Positions 38,161-51,744 of a stretch of DNA of 64,000 nt are shown here, piece after piece (within the stretch, counting starts at the first letter, position 1; every line of letters begins with the position of its first letter). Source of the stretch: Glaucostegus cemiculus (taxonomy: Eukaryota). The stretch covers positions 124,001 through 188,000 of the forward strand of contig CDPCPM010000125.1 in assembly GCA_976551045.1 (NCBI GenBank), read 5' to 3'. The notes under the pieces are model-generated. The model was not told where the DNA came from. It was given only the letters and a program-made list of their open reading frames with translations, and did no database searches. The position numbers were made by a program, and so were the translations under genes.

Positions 38161-39359
38161 GTATGTTTTATCAACTGGAACCAGTCAGAATCTGGAGAAC
38201 AAGCAGCCTCTGGACCAGCTTCAGATTTGCTGACACAGGGCTTCTGCCGGCGGAATGATCAATGTATCTTCCACTTGGTTGTCAAGCTCCGGGACAGGCA
38301 AGCTAATATTAGAAGGGATAAGAAGAGTTAATTTTTTCCACTTTGACCAAATTAAAACTCGTACGATCTCAGCTGTGAATGAGATATGATGCAAAATAGT
38401 CGTCTCAAACGTAGAGATGCACAGAGATGCACGATTCAAAATGGACGTGCGCTGCACAGCCGGCACAAATAGACTGCGTTGCTTTGTCTGCCAATCTGCA
38501 GGCTGCTTCCGACTCCTGAGGCGAGATGTTGTCGTTGGGAGTCGTTTACCGGTAAATCTGGCTGTGCTCTGAGAATTTCTTCAGATACCATTGGACTAAA
38601 CCACGTAATCCTAAAGGATCAAAGGGCAATGGTGTCCAGTGCACCCTATAGCGGGAAATGGTCGTCTGCTCATACTGCAGCGGAAATGGCTCGGCGGCAG
38701 TTCTGGCAGGCCTACCGGCCTGGTATATCTGCTTGTTTTGTGCCATTACAGCTCGGGATATTGAAGACTGTCAGCTGATGGCGTCGACATCTGGTGAATG
38801 CCCATTGAAGAAATGTCCGTTTGAGACAAACAAAGTTCATAAATTGAATTGTAGGAACTCTCGGGGTGAAGGTAGAAAGTACAGCAGAAGAATGGGTTAT
38901 GATTTTCGAAAGGTGATATAATCGGATACAGCCGTTTGAAATAAAACAGCGGAAAGGCCCTGTCCATAACATGCAAGAATACATGGTGTTGTTTCAACTA
39001 GGCATGTAGAGAATATATGGCAGGAATGATGAAGGTAGGGCAAACGTGTTGAATATCTTGACCTGAAGTTGTCTGAAAGGAAGATTTTCTCAGTTGATTG
39101 TCAATGAAAATTTTTTGAGACGATATTGGCGACTGAGAATTCCAGCGAAGCATCTTTGACCCTTGTGTATGTTGAGAGTGGAGGCTGCTTCGCCTGCAGC
39201 TTGAGTGAAAGGAAGAGAAGAGTGTCCATTTGGCTGGGGTGAATTTAGCTGCCTGTACGTGTGCTGGGACGTGATGAGTAAATCATTTTGAATGCTGGTT
39301 TTGTGATTTCTGATCTAGGCAAAGAGAATGTTGGTGAGCTGTGGTGATTTCAGTCAGCT

Positions 39360-39431
39360 TCCCTGGTGGTCTAGTGGTCAGGATTCGGCGCCTTCACAGC
39401 CGCGGCCCGGGGTCGATTCCTGGTCAGGGAA
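39360..39431 (+). pseudogene. trnE: tRNA-Glu(TTC) pseudogene
   Basis: U33C, C39A and B-box ggGtcga. Confidence 0.75.
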
Positions 39432-40282
39432 GTAAGGTTTGGAAGCTGCGACGTGAAAACTTTCAGAATCTGCATCTGCACCATAAATCATTGATATATC
39501 AATCATCGGCTCTTCTGGATACAGTGAGCACAGTATCCTCCACAGGATGAGAAGGGTATATTGCAGGAATCGGGCTTCCCAGACTGTAAATCAGTGGCTG
39601 AATTGTTAGAATTTACCCCAAGATGAATAAGGTCCCATCCCACTCGAATCCGTCGCCCTCATCATTCCATCAGTCCGCTGCAGTCGCGACCCATTAGACA
39701 GTCGATAAATAACAGAGTCAATCGAAGGTGATTGCATCTTGGAAGGAAGCATGTTCACAGATTGAAAGACCTGAGGGTGAGCAGTTTTTTGATGAAGATT
39801 GTAAGAAGTCTGAGAAGATATCACAGTTATGATTAATCGATGCTTGGCGGCGTGGGATAAACAGCCACAGTGAACTGAAATTATCAAATATCAGATATGT
39901 CTATGAGGCGTGAAAGGAATGCCTGTCCTTCTTTCGTTTCTGTCAGTAAAAAAGCGATGTTGATTGCATTCGTTTCGAAAGCAGGAGAAATCTCTAACTG
40001 GAATCGGAACTGAAGGTTTTTGAGGACAGCCAGTCAGTGTCGAGATGCAGATTTGACAAGAGCATGTTCCTTGACTGTGTTTGTTTGAACGAAATAGTGA
40101 TTGAGAAAGAGCCTGAGAGAAACTTCTATGGCAGGATGCTATACACTCGGGCTGCTCTGCTGTTGTCGCTCGACCACTCTTTTGCCCGAGGAACAGCTGG
40201 CTGGTGGATAGAAAGCCTGTTCTATGGTTGGCTGGATACAAATGAAAGCCATTCTTGATCTGCGTCCGTCGTAGCTGTCAAT

Positions 40283-40354
40283 TCCCTGGTGGTCTAGTGG
40301 TTAGGATTCGGCGCTCTCACCGCCGCAGCCCGGGTTCGATTCCCGGCCAGGGAA
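40283..40354 (+). tRNA. trnE: tRNA-Glu(CTC), intact (G45A)
   Basis: Identical to 38089. Confidence 0.92.
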
Positions 40355-41553
40355 GTATGTTTTATCAACTGGAACCAGTCAGAATCTGGAGAACAAGCAG
40401 CCTCTGGACCAGCTTCAGATTTGCTGACACAGGGCTTCTGCCGGCGGAATGATCAATGTATCTTCCACTTGGTTGTCAAGCTCCGGGACAGGCAAGCTAA
40501 TATTAGAAGGGATAAGAAGAGTTAATTTTTTCCACTTTGACCAAATTAAAACTCGTACGATCTCAGCTGTGAATGAGATATGATGCAAAATAGTCGTCTC
40601 AAACGTAGAGATGCACAGAGATGCACGATTCAAAATGGACGTGCGCTGCACAGCCGGCACAAATAGACTGCGTTGCTTTGTCTGCCAATCTGCAGGCTGC
40701 TTCCGACTCCTGAGGCGAGATGTTGTCGTTGGGAGTCGTTTACCGGTAAATCTGGCTGTGCTCTGAGAATTTCTTCAGATACCATTGGACTAAACCACGT
40801 AATCCTAAAGGATCAAAGGGCAATGGTGTCCAGTGCACCCTATAGCGGGAAATGGTCGTCTGCTCATACTGCAGCGGAAATGGCTCGGCGGCAGTTCTGG
40901 CAGGCCTACCGGCCTGGTATATCTGCTTGTTTTGTGCCATTACAGCTCGGGATATTGAAGACTGTCAGCTGATGGCGTCGACATCTGGTGAATGCCCATT
41001 GAAGAAATGTCCGTTTGAGACAAACAAAGTTCATAAATTGAATTGTAGGAACTCTCGGGGTGAAGGTAGAAAGTACAGCAGAAGAATGGGTTATGATTTT
41101 CGAAAGGTGATATAATCGGATACAGCCGTTTGAAATAAAACAGCGGAAAGGCCCTGTCCATAACATGCAAGAATACATGGTGTTGTTTCAACTAGGCATG
41201 TAGAGAATATATGGCAGGAATGATGAAGGTAGGGCAAACGTGTTGAATATCTTGACCTGAAGTTGTCTGAAAGGAAGATTTTCTCAGTTGATTGTCAATG
41301 AAAATTTTTTGAGACGATATTGGCGACTGAGAATTCCAGCGAAGCATCTTTGACCCTTGTGTATGTTGAGAGTGGAGGCTGCTTCGCCTGCAGCTTGAGT
41401 GAAAGGAAGAGAAGAGTGTCCATTTGGCTGGGGTGAATTTAGCTGCCTGTACGTGTGCTGGGACGTGATGAGTAAATCATTTTGAATGCTGGTTTTGTGA
41501 TTTCTGATCTAGGCAAAGAGAATGTTGGTGAGCTGTGGTGATTTCAGTCAGCT

Positions 41554-41625
41554 TCCCTGGTGGTCTAGTGGTCAGGATTCGGCGCCTTCACAGCCGCGGC
41601 CCGGGGTCGATTCCTGGTCAGGGAA
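41554..41625 (+). pseudogene. trnE: tRNA-Glu(TTC) pseudogene
   Basis: Identical to 39360. Confidence 0.75.
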
Positions 41626-42476
41626 GTAAGGTTTGGAAGCTGCGACGTGAAAACTTTCAGAATCTGCATCTGCACCATAAATCATTGATATATCAATCAT
41701 CGGCTCTTCTGGATACAGTGAGCACAGTATCCTCCACAGGATGAGAAGGGTATATTGCAGGAATCGGGCTTCCCAGACTGTAAATCAGTGGCTGAATTGT
41801 TAGAATTTACCCCAAGATGAATAAGGTCCCATCCCACTCGAATCCGTCGCCCTCATCATTCCATCAGTCCGCTGCAGTCGCGACCCATTAGACAGTCGAT
41901 AAATAACAGAGTCAATCGAAGGTGATTGCATCTTGGAAGGAAGCATGTTCACAGATTGAAAGACCTGAGGGTGAGCAGTTTTTTGATGAAGATTGTAAGA
42001 AGTCTGAGAAGATATCACAGTTATGATTAATCGATGCTTGGCGGCGTGGGATAAACAGCCACAGTGAACTGAAATTATCAAATATCAGATATGTCTATGA
42101 GGCGTGAAAGGAATGCCTGTCCTTCTTTCGTTTCTGTCAGTAAAAAAGCGATGTTGATTGCATTCGTTTCGAAAGCAGGAGAAATCTCTAACTGGAATCG
42201 GAACTGAAGGTTTTTGAGGACAGCCAGTCAGTGTCGAGATGCAGATTTGACAAGAGCATGTTCCTTGACTGTGTTTGTTTGAACGAAATAGTGATTGAGA
42301 AAGAGCCTGAGAGAAACTTCTATGGCAGGATGCTATACACTCGGGCTGCTCTGCTGTTGTCGCTCGACCACTCTTTTGCCCGAGGAACAGCTGGCTGGTG
42401 GATAGAAAGCCTGTTCTATGGTTGGCTGGATACAAATGAAAGCCATTCTTGATCTGCGTCCGTCGTAGCTGTCAAT

Positions 42477-42548
42477 TCCCTGGTGGTCTAGTGGTTAGGA
42501 TTCGGCGCTCTCACCGCCGCAGCCCGGGTTCGATTCCCGGCCAGGGAA
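42477..42548 (+). tRNA. trnE: tRNA-Glu(CTC), intact (G45A)
   Basis: Identical to 38089. Confidence 0.92.
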
Positions 42549-43747
42549 GTATGTTTTATCAACTGGAACCAGTCAGAATCTGGAGAACAAGCAGCCTCTG
42601 GACCAGCTTCAGATTTGCTGACACAGGGCTTCTGCCGGCGGAATGATCAATGTATCTTCCACTTGGTTGTCAAGCTCCGGGACAGGCAAGCTAATATTAG
42701 AAGGGATAAGAAGAGTTAATTTTTTCCACTTTGACCAAATTAAAACTCGTACGATCTCAGCTGTGAATGAGATATGATGCAAAATAGTCGTCTCAAACGT
42801 AGAGATGCACAGAGATGCACGATTCAAAATGGACGTGCGCTGCACAGCCGGCACAAATAGACTGCGTTGCTTTGTCTGCCAATCTGCAGGCTGCTTCCGA
42901 CTCCTGAGGCGAGATGTTGTCGTTGGGAGTCGTTTACCGGTAAATCTGGCTGTGCTCTGAGAATTTCTTCAGATACCATTGGACTAAACCACGTAATCCT
43001 AAAGGATCAAAGGGCAATGGTGTCCAGTGCACCCTATAGCGGGAAATGGTCGTCTGCTCATACTGCAGCGGAAATGGCTCGGCGGCAGTTCTGGCAGGCC
43101 TACCGGCCTGGTATATCTGCTTGTTTTGTGCCATTACAGCTCGGGATATTGAAGACTGTCAGCTGATGGCGTCGACATCTGGTGAATGCCCATTGAAGAA
43201 ATGTCCGTTTGAGACAAACAAAGTTCATAAATTGAATTGTAGGAACTCTCGGGGTGAAGGTAGAAAGTACAGCAGAAGAATGGGTTATGATTTTCGAAAG
43301 GTGATATAATCGGATACAGGCGTTTGAAATAAAACAGCGGAAAGGCCCTGTCCATAACATGCAAGAATACATGGTGTTGTTTCAACTAGGCATGTAGAGA
43401 ATATATGGCAGGAATGATGAAGGTAGGGCAAACGTGTTGAATATCTTGACCTGAAGTTGTCTGAAAGGAAGATTTTCTCAGTTGATTGTCAATGAAAATT
43501 TTTTGAGACGATATTGGCGACTGAGAATTCCAGCGAAGCATCTTTGACCCTTGTGTATGTTGAGAGTGGAGGCTGCTTCGCCTGCAGCTTGAGTGAAAGG
43601 AAGAGAAGAGTGTCCATTTGGCTGGGGTGAATTTAGCTGCCTGTACGTGTGCTGGGACGTGATGAGTAAATCATTTTGAATGCTGGTTTTGTGATTTCTG
43701 ATCTAGGCAAAGAGAATGTTGGTGAGCTGTGGTGATTTCAGTCAGCT

Positions 43748-43819
43748 TCCCTGGTGGTCTAGTGGTCAGGATTCGGCGCCTTCACAGCCGCGGCCCGGGG
43801 TCGATTCCTGGTCAGGGAA
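43748..43819 (+). pseudogene. trnE: tRNA-Glu(TTC) pseudogene
   Basis: Identical to 39360. Confidence 0.75.
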
Positions 43820-44670
43820 GTAAGGTTTGGAAGCTGCGACGTGAAAACTTTCAGAATCTGCATCTGCACCATAAATCATTGATATATCAATCATCGGCTC
43901 TTCTGGATACAGTGAGCACAGTATCCTCCACAGGATGAGAAGGGTATATTGCAGGAATCGGGCTTCCCAGACTGTAAATCAGTGGCTGAATTGTTAGAAT
44001 TTACCCCAAGATGAATAAGGTCCCATCCCACTCGAATCCGTCGCCCTCATCATTCCATCAGTCCGCTGCAGTCGCGACCCATTAGACAGTCGATAAATAA
44101 CAGAGTCAATCGAAGGTGATTGCATCTTGGAAGGAAGCATGTTCACAGATTGAAAGACCTGAGGGTGAGCAGTTTTTTGATGAAGATTGTAAGAAGTCTG
44201 AGAAGATATCACAGTTATGATTAATCGATGCTTGGCGGCGTGGGATAAACAGCCACAGTGAACTGAAATTATCAAATATCAGATATGTCTATGAGGCGTG
44301 AAAGGAATGCCTGTCCTTCTTTCGTTTCTGTCAGTAAAAAAGCGATGTTGCTTGCATTCGTTTCGAAAGCAGGAGAAATCTCTAACTGGAATCGGAACTG
44401 AAGGTTTTTGAGGACAGCCAGTCAGTGTCGAGATGCAGATTTGACAAGAGCATGTTCCTTGACTGTGTTTGTTTGAACGAAATAGTGATTGAGAAAGAGC
44501 CTGAGAGAAACTTCTATGGCAGGATGCTATACACTCGGGCTGCTCTGCTGTTGTCGCTCGACCACTCTTTTGCCCGAGGAACAGCTGGCTGGTGGATAGA
44601 AAGCCTGTTCTATGGTTGGCTGGATACAAATGAAAGCCATTCTTGATCTGCGTCCGTCGTAGCTGTCAAT

Positions 44671-44742
44671 TCCCTGGTGGTCTAGTGGTTAGGATTCGGC
44701 GCTCTCACCGCCGCAGCCCGGGTTCGATTCCCGGCCAGGGAA
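44671..44742 (+). tRNA. trnE: tRNA-Glu(CTC), intact (G45A)
   Basis: Identical to 38089. Confidence 0.92.
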
Positions 44743-45941
44743 GTATGTTTTATCAACTGGAACCAGTCAGAATCTGGAGAACAAGCAGCCTCTGGACCAG
44801 CTTCAGATTTGCTGACACAGGGCTTCTGCCGGCGGAATGATCAATGTATCTTCCACTTGGTTGTCAAGCTCCGGGACAGGCAAGCTAATATTAGAAGGGA
44901 TAAGAAGAGTTAATTTTTTCCACTTTGACCAAATTAAAACTCGCACGATCTCAGCTGTGAATGAGATATGATGCAAAATAGTCGTCTCAAACGTAGAGAT
45001 GCACAGAGATGCACGATTCAAAATGGACGTGCGCTGCACAGCCGGCACAAATAGACTGCGTTGCTTTGTCTGCCAATCTGCAGGCTGCTTCCGACTCCTG
45101 AGGCGAGATGTTGTCGTTGGGAGTCGTTTACCGGTAAATCTGGCTGTGCTCTGAGAATTTCTTCAGATACCATTGGACTAAACCACGTAATCCTAAAGGA
45201 TCAAAGGGCAATGGTGTCCAGTGCACCCTATAGCGGGAAATGGTCGTCTGCTCATACTGCAGCGGAAATGGCTCGGCGGCAGTTCTGGCAGGCCTACCGG
45301 CCTGGTATATCTGCTTGTTTTGTGCCATTACAGCTCGGGATATAGAAGACTGTCAGCTGATGGCGTCGACATCTGGTGAATGCCCATTGAAGAAATGTCC
45401 GTTTGAGACAAACAAAGTTCATAAATTGAATTGTAGGAATTCTCGGGGTGAAGGTAGAAAGTACAGCAGAAGAATGGGTTATGATTTTCGAAAGGTGATA
45501 TAATCGGATACAGGCGTTTGAAATAAAACAGCGGAAAGGCCCTGTCCATAACATGCAAGGATACATGGTGTTGTTTCAACTAGGCATGTAGAGAATATAT
45601 GGCAGGAATGATGAAGGTAGGGCAAACGTGTTGAATATCTTGACCTGAAGTTGTCTGAAAGGAAGATTTTCTCAGTTGATTGTCAATGAAAATTTTTTGA
45701 GACGATATTGGCGACTGAGAATTCCAGCGAAGCATCTTTGACCCTTGTGTATGTTGAGAGTGGAGGCTGCTTCGCCTGCAGCTTGAGTGAAAGGAAGAGA
45801 AGAGTGTCCATTTGGCTGGGGTGAATTTAGCTGCCTGTACGTGTGCTGGGACGTGATGAGTAAATCATTTTGAATGCTGGTTTTGTGATTTCTGATCTAG
45901 GCAAAGAGAATGTTGGTGAACTGTGGTGATTTCAGTCAGCT

Positions 45942-46013
45942 TCCCTGGTGGTCTAGTAGTCAGAATTCGGCGCTTTCACCGCCGCGGTCCGGGTTCGATT
46001 CCTGGTCAGGGAA
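45942..46013 (+). pseudogene. trnE: tRNA-Glu(TTC), D-arm variant
   Basis: agtAgtcagAa destroys the conserved D-loop GG / A-box. Confidence 0.7.
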
Positions 46014-47387
46014 GTAAGGTTTGGAAGCTGCGACGTGAAAACTTTCAGAATCTTCATCTGCACCATAAACCATTGATATATCAATCATCGGCTCTTCTGG
46101 ATACAGTGAGCACGGTATCCTCCACAGGATGAGAAGGGTATATTGCAGGAATCGGGCTTCCCTGACTGTAAATCAGTAGCTGAATTGTTAGAATTTACCC
46201 CAAGATGAAGAAGGTCCCATCCCACTCGTATCCGTCGCCCTCATCATTCCATCAGTCCGCTGCAGTCGCGACCCATTAGACAGTCGATAAATAACAGAGT
46301 CAATCGAAGGTGATTGCATCTTGGAAGGAAGCAGGTTCACAGATTGAAAGACCTGAGGGTCTTCATCAATTTGTTTGATGAAGATTGTAAGAAGGCAGAG
46401 AAAATAGCACAGTTATGATTAATCGATGCTTGGCGGCGTGGGATAAACAGCCACAGTGAACTGAAATTATCAAATATCAGATATGTGTATGAGGCGTGAA
46501 GGAATGCCTGTCCTTCTTTCGTTTTCGTCAGTAAAAAAGTGATGCGGCGGTGATGTGTACGGTAAATCAGGCTGTGCCCTGCGAATTCCTTCGGAAACCA
46601 TCGGACTAAACCACGCAATCCTAAGGGACCAAAGGGCAATGGTGTCCAGTGCAGCCAGTAGCGGGAACTGTAACACCTGCTCATGCTATATCTGGATCGG
46701 CTCGGCGGCAGCTCCTGCAGGCGTGCCGGACTGGGACCCTGCTTGCTTTGTGCCAATTCATCTCCGGCAATTGGAGATTGTCAGCTGATGGCGTCGACAC
46801 CACGTGAAAGTTCATTGAATAAATATCGTCTGTGCCCGTCAGTTGAAAATAAGATGCAAAATGCATTCATTGACTTGTAGGAAATCTCGAGCAGAATCTA
46901 GAAAGTAGAGCAGAATAAAGATTTTATAATTGTCGAAAGATGACATCACTGGATACGGCCATTAAAAATGAAACAGCGGAAGGTCCAGTCCGAGACCTGA
47001 AGGAAATGCATGGCGAAGTTTCAACTATGAATGTACAGCAGGTACGGCAGCAATGAAGGAGGCAGGACAACCGTGCTGATGATCTTGACGTGAAGATCTC
47101 TGAAAAGGAAGATTGCCTCGGTTGATTGTAAATGGCAGTTGATAGAGACGACATAAGCGACTGAGGATTCCAGCGAAGCAGCTTTAAACCTTGTGTATGC
47201 TGAGAATGGAGGTGGATTCGCTTGCAGCTTGAGGGAAAAGATGAGATCAGAGTCCATTTGGCTGGGGTGAATTTAGCTGCGCGCACGTCTGCTGGGAAAA
47301 GATGAGAAAATCAATTCTAATGCTTGTTTTCTGGTTTGTGATCTCGGCAAAGAGAATGTCAGTGTGCTGACGTGATGTCAGTCAGCT

Positions 47388-47459
47388 TCCCTGGTGGTCC
47401 AGTGGTCAAGATTCGGCCCTTTCACCGCCGCGACCCGGGTTCTATTCCAGGTCAGGGAA
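47388..47459 (+). pseudogene. trnE: tRNA-Glu(TTC), degenerate
   Basis: Anticodon-stem and B-box (ttcTatt) changes. Confidence 0.72.
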
Positions 47460-48338
47460 GAATGCTTTGGTAGCTGTGGCAAGTGATAAATTTCGGTATC
47501 TCATCTGCACCACAAACCAGTGATATATCAATCAACGTCCCTTCGGGATACAGTGAGCACGTCATCCTCCACCCACTGAGCCTGCTAGCTTGCAAGAATC
47601 CGGCTTGCCTGCCTGCAAATTAGTAACTGAGTTGTCAGAATTGATGCAAAGACGAATAAGCTCACATTCCACGCGTCTCCGTCGCTCTCATCTTTCAATC
47701 AGACAGCTACGGCCGCAACCCTATTCCACAGTCGCTAAACAACAAAGGAAATGGAAGGCGATTGCATCTTAAAGGAAACAGGTGCACAGATGTAAAGACT
47801 TGAGGGGTACCAATTTCAAGGTGAAATTGTCAGTTGGCAGATGGTAATTAATTGACAACTGGTAGCTTGGAGGAAACAGGCACGTTGAACTCAAATCTTC
47901 AGCCGTCAGAAATCTCCACATGACGTGAAATCAATGCATGTCCTTCTATCGTTTTCGCAAGCAAAAGGTGATGCGGCCGCGAGGCAAAGGAAAGGGTCAA
48001 ATGGTCACTAGCGACTGAGATTGCATTCGATTGGAAAGCAGGAGAAATCTCTGACTGGAATGGGAAACGAAGATTTTTGAGGACAGCCAGTCAGTGTCGA
48101 GATGTAGATTTGACAAGAGCATGTTCCTTGACTGTGTTTGTTTGAACGAAATAGTGATTGAGAAAGAGTCTGGACAGACTTTCATGGCAGGATGCTTTAC
48201 ACTCGGGCTGCTCTGCCGTTGTCGCTCGACCACTCTTTTGCCCGAGGAACAGCTGGCAGGTGGATAGAAAGCCTTTTCTGTTGTTGGCTGGATAAAAATG
48301 AAAGGCATTCTTGATCTGCGTCCGTCAAAGTTGTCAAT

Positions 48339-48410
48339 TCCCTGGGGGTCTAGTGGTTAGGATTCGGCGCTCTCACCGCCGCAGCCCGGGTTCGATTCCC
48401 GGCCAGGGAA
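48339..48410 (+). tRNA. trnE: tRNA-Glu(CTC), U8G variant
   Basis: tccctggGgg; otherwise as 38089. Confidence 0.7.
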
Positions 48411-49594
48411 GTATGTTTTATCAACTGGAACCAGTCAGAATCTGGGGTGCAAACAGCCACTGGACCGGCATCAGATTTGCTGACACAGGGCTTCTGCGGG
48501 CGGAATGATCAAGGTATCTTCCACCAGGTTGTCAAGCTCCGGGACAGGCAAGCGAATATTAGAAGGGATACAACGAGTTAATTTTTATCCACTTTGACCA
48601 ACTAACAACTCGCACCGATCTCAGCTGAGAATGAGGTGAGATGCCAAAACATCGTCTCAAACGTAGAGATACCACTGGACGTGCGGTTGCACAGCCGGCA
48701 CAAATAGACTGCGTTGCTTTGTCTGCCAATCTACAGGCTGCTTCCGACTCATGAGCCGAGATGTTTTCGTTGGGAGCCGTTTCACAGTAAATCAGGTTGT
48801 GCCCTGAGAATTTCTTCGAATACCATTGGACTAAACCACGTAATCCTAAAGGATCAAAGGGCAATGGTGTCCAGTGCACCCAATAGCGGGAAATGGTCGC
48901 CTGCTCATACTGCAGCGGAAATGGCTCGGCGGCAGTTCTGGCAGGCCTACCGGCCTGGTATATCTGTTTGTTTTGTGCCATTACAGCTCGGGATATTGGA
49001 GACTGTCAGCTGATGGCGTCGACATCTGGTGAATGCCCATTGAAGAAATGTCCGTTTGAGACAAGCAAAGTTCATAAATTAAATTGTAGGAATTCTCGGG
49101 GAGAAGGAAGAATGTACAGCAGAAGAATGGGTTTTGATTTTCGAAAGGTGACATAATCGGATACAGGCGTTTGAAATAAAACAGCGGAAAGGCCCTGTCC
49201 ATAACATGCAAGAATGCATGGTGTTGTTTCAACTAGGCATGTATAGAAGGTAAGGCAGGATTCATGAAGGCAGGGCAAACGTGTTGATGATCTTGACCTG
49301 AAGTTGTCTGAAAGGAAGATTTTCTCAGTTGATTGTCAATGAAAATTTTTTGAGACGATATTGGCGACTGAGGATTCCAGCGAAGCATCTTTGACCCTTG
49401 TGTATGTTGAGAGTGGAGGCTGCTTCGCCTGCAGCTTGGGTGAAAGGAAGCGAAGAGTGTCCATGTGGCGGGGGTGAATTTAGCTACCTGCACGTGTGCT
49501 GGGACGTGATGAGTAAATCATTTTGAATGCTGGTTTTGTGCTTTCTGATCTAGGCAAAGAGAATGTTGGTGAGCTGTGGTGATTTCAGTCAGCT

Positions 49595-49666
49595 TCCCTG
49601 GTGGTCTAGTGGTCAGGATTCGGCGCTTTCACCGCCGCGGCTCTGGTTCGATTCCCGGTCAGGGAA
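49595..49666 (+). tRNA. trnE: tRNA-Glu(TTC), T-stem mismatches (doubtful function)
   Basis: gcggctctggttcgattcccgg. Confidence 0.65.
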
Positions 49667-50967
49667 GTAAGTTTTGGAAGCTGCGACATGTGAGAACTTT
49701 CAGATTCTTCATCTGCACCGAAAACCATTGATATATCAAACATCGTATCTTCTGGATACAGTGAACACGGCATCCTCCACAGAATGAGAAGGCTATCTTC
49801 AAGGAATAAGTCTTCCCTGACTGTAAATCAGTGTCTGAATTGTGTGAATTTACCCCAAGATGAATAATGTCCCATCCCACTCGTATCTGTCGCCCTCACC
49901 ATTCCATCAGTCCACTGCAGTCGCGACTCATTAGACAGTCGATAAATAACAGAGTCAATCGAATGTGATTGCATCTTGGAAGGAAACAGGTGCACAGACT
50001 GAGAGGCTTGACGGTTAGCAATTTTTTGATGAAGATTGTATGAAGGCAGAGCAGATATCACAGTCATGATTAATTGATGCTTGGAGGCGTGGGATAAACA
50101 GCCACAGTGAACTCAAATCATCAAATATCAGATATATGTATGTGGCGTGAAAGGAATGCCTGTCCTTCTTTCATTTCTGTCAGCAAAAGAAGTGATACGG
50201 CGGTGATGTGTAAGGTAAATCAGGCTCTGCCCTGTGAATTCCTTCGGAAACCATCGGACTATACCACGTAGTCCTATGGGACCAAAGGTCAATGGTGTCC
50301 AGTGCAGCCAGTAGCGGGAAATGTAACGCCTGCTCATGCTATATCTGGAACTGCTCGGCGCCAGTTCTTGCAGGCGTGCCGGCCTGGGACCCTGCTTGAT
50401 TTGTGCCAAATCAGCTCCGGCTATTGGAGATTGTCAGCTGATGGCGTCGACACCTCGTGAAAGTTCATTGAATAAATATCGTCTGTGCCCGTCTGTTTAA
50501 AACAACAAGCAAAATTCATACATTGACTTGTAGGAAATCTCAGGCAGAATGTAGAATGTAGAGCAGAAGAAAGATTTTTTATTCGTCGAAAGATGACATA
50601 ACCGGATACGGCCATTGGAAATAAACAGCGGAAGGGCCAGTCCGTAACATGTAAGAAATGCATGGCGTGGTTTCAACTACGAATGTACAGAAGGTATAGC
50701 AGCAATGAAGAAGGCAGGGCAACTGTGCTGATGATCTTGACGTGAAGATGTCTGAAAAGGAAGATTGCTTCAGTTGATTGTCAATGGCAGTTGATAGAGA
50801 CGACATTGGCGACTGAGGATTCCAGGGAAGCAGCTTTAACCTTGTGTATGCTGAGACTGGAAGTGGACTTGCTTGCAGCTTGAGCGAAAAAATGAGATCA
50901 GTGTCCACTTGGCTGTTGTGAGTTTAGCTGCCTGTACGTCTGCTGGGAAAGGTTGAGAAAATCTTTT

Positions 50968-51744
50968 CATAGAACATAGAACATAGATAACTACAGCAAA
51001 ATTCAGGCCATTCGGCCCACAAAGCTGTGCTGAACATGTCCCCACACTATTAGGCTTACCCATAACCTTCTATCTTATTTACCTCCATGTACTTATCCAA
51101 CAGTCTCTTGAAAGACCCTAACGTATCCGCCTCCAGCACTGCTTCCGGCAGCCCATTCCATGCACTCACCACTCTTTGAGTAAAAAACCTACCCCTAACA
51201 TCTCCCCTATATCTTCGCCCCAGCACCTTAAACCTATGTCCTCTTGTGGCCACCATTTCAGCACTGGGAAAAAGCCTCCGACTATCTACCCTATCCATAC
51301 CTCTCATCATCTTATGCACCTCAATCAGGTCCCCCCTCATCCTCCTTCTCTCCAAGGAGTACCCACAGCCTGCTCTCATAAGACATGCTCCTCATTCCAG
51401 GCAGCATCCTCGTAAACCTCCTCTGTACCCTCTCTATAGCTTCCACATCCTTCCTGTAGTGAAGCGACCAGAACTGAACACAATACTCCAGGTGGGGTCT
51501 GACCAGGGACCTATACAACTGAAGCATTACCTCCCTACTCTAAATTCAATCCCTCGACCGATGTAGGACAATACACCATACACCTTCCAAACCACAGAGT
51601 CAACCTGCACAGCCGCCTTGAGCGTCCTATGGACTCGGGCACCAACATCCCTCTGATCCTCGACACTGCCAAGAGTCTTACCATTAATTCTATATTCCAC
51701 CAACCTACCCTATCTACCAAAATGAACCACTTCACGTTTATTCA
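50968..51744 (-). mobile_element. Relatively young 5'-truncated CR1 LINE inserted in the spacer
   Basis: LQLYRSLVRPHLEYCVQFWS, SLERRRMRGDLIEVHKMMRG, FFTQRVVSAWNGLP; (TTCTATG)n tail at 50968-50987. Confidence 0.92.

Larger units (their letters stand above)
37166..45941 (+). repeat. Four nearly identical tandem 2194-bp units
   Basis: tRNA starts at 37166/39360/41554/43748/45942 and 38089/40283/42477/44671; ORF track repeats at +2194. Confidence 0.97.

Noticed and set aside
37147-46132. Identical 65-116 aa ORFs repeated every 2194 bp
   Set aside because: By-products of the DNA repeat; frames are broken in diverged units and there are no recognisable domains
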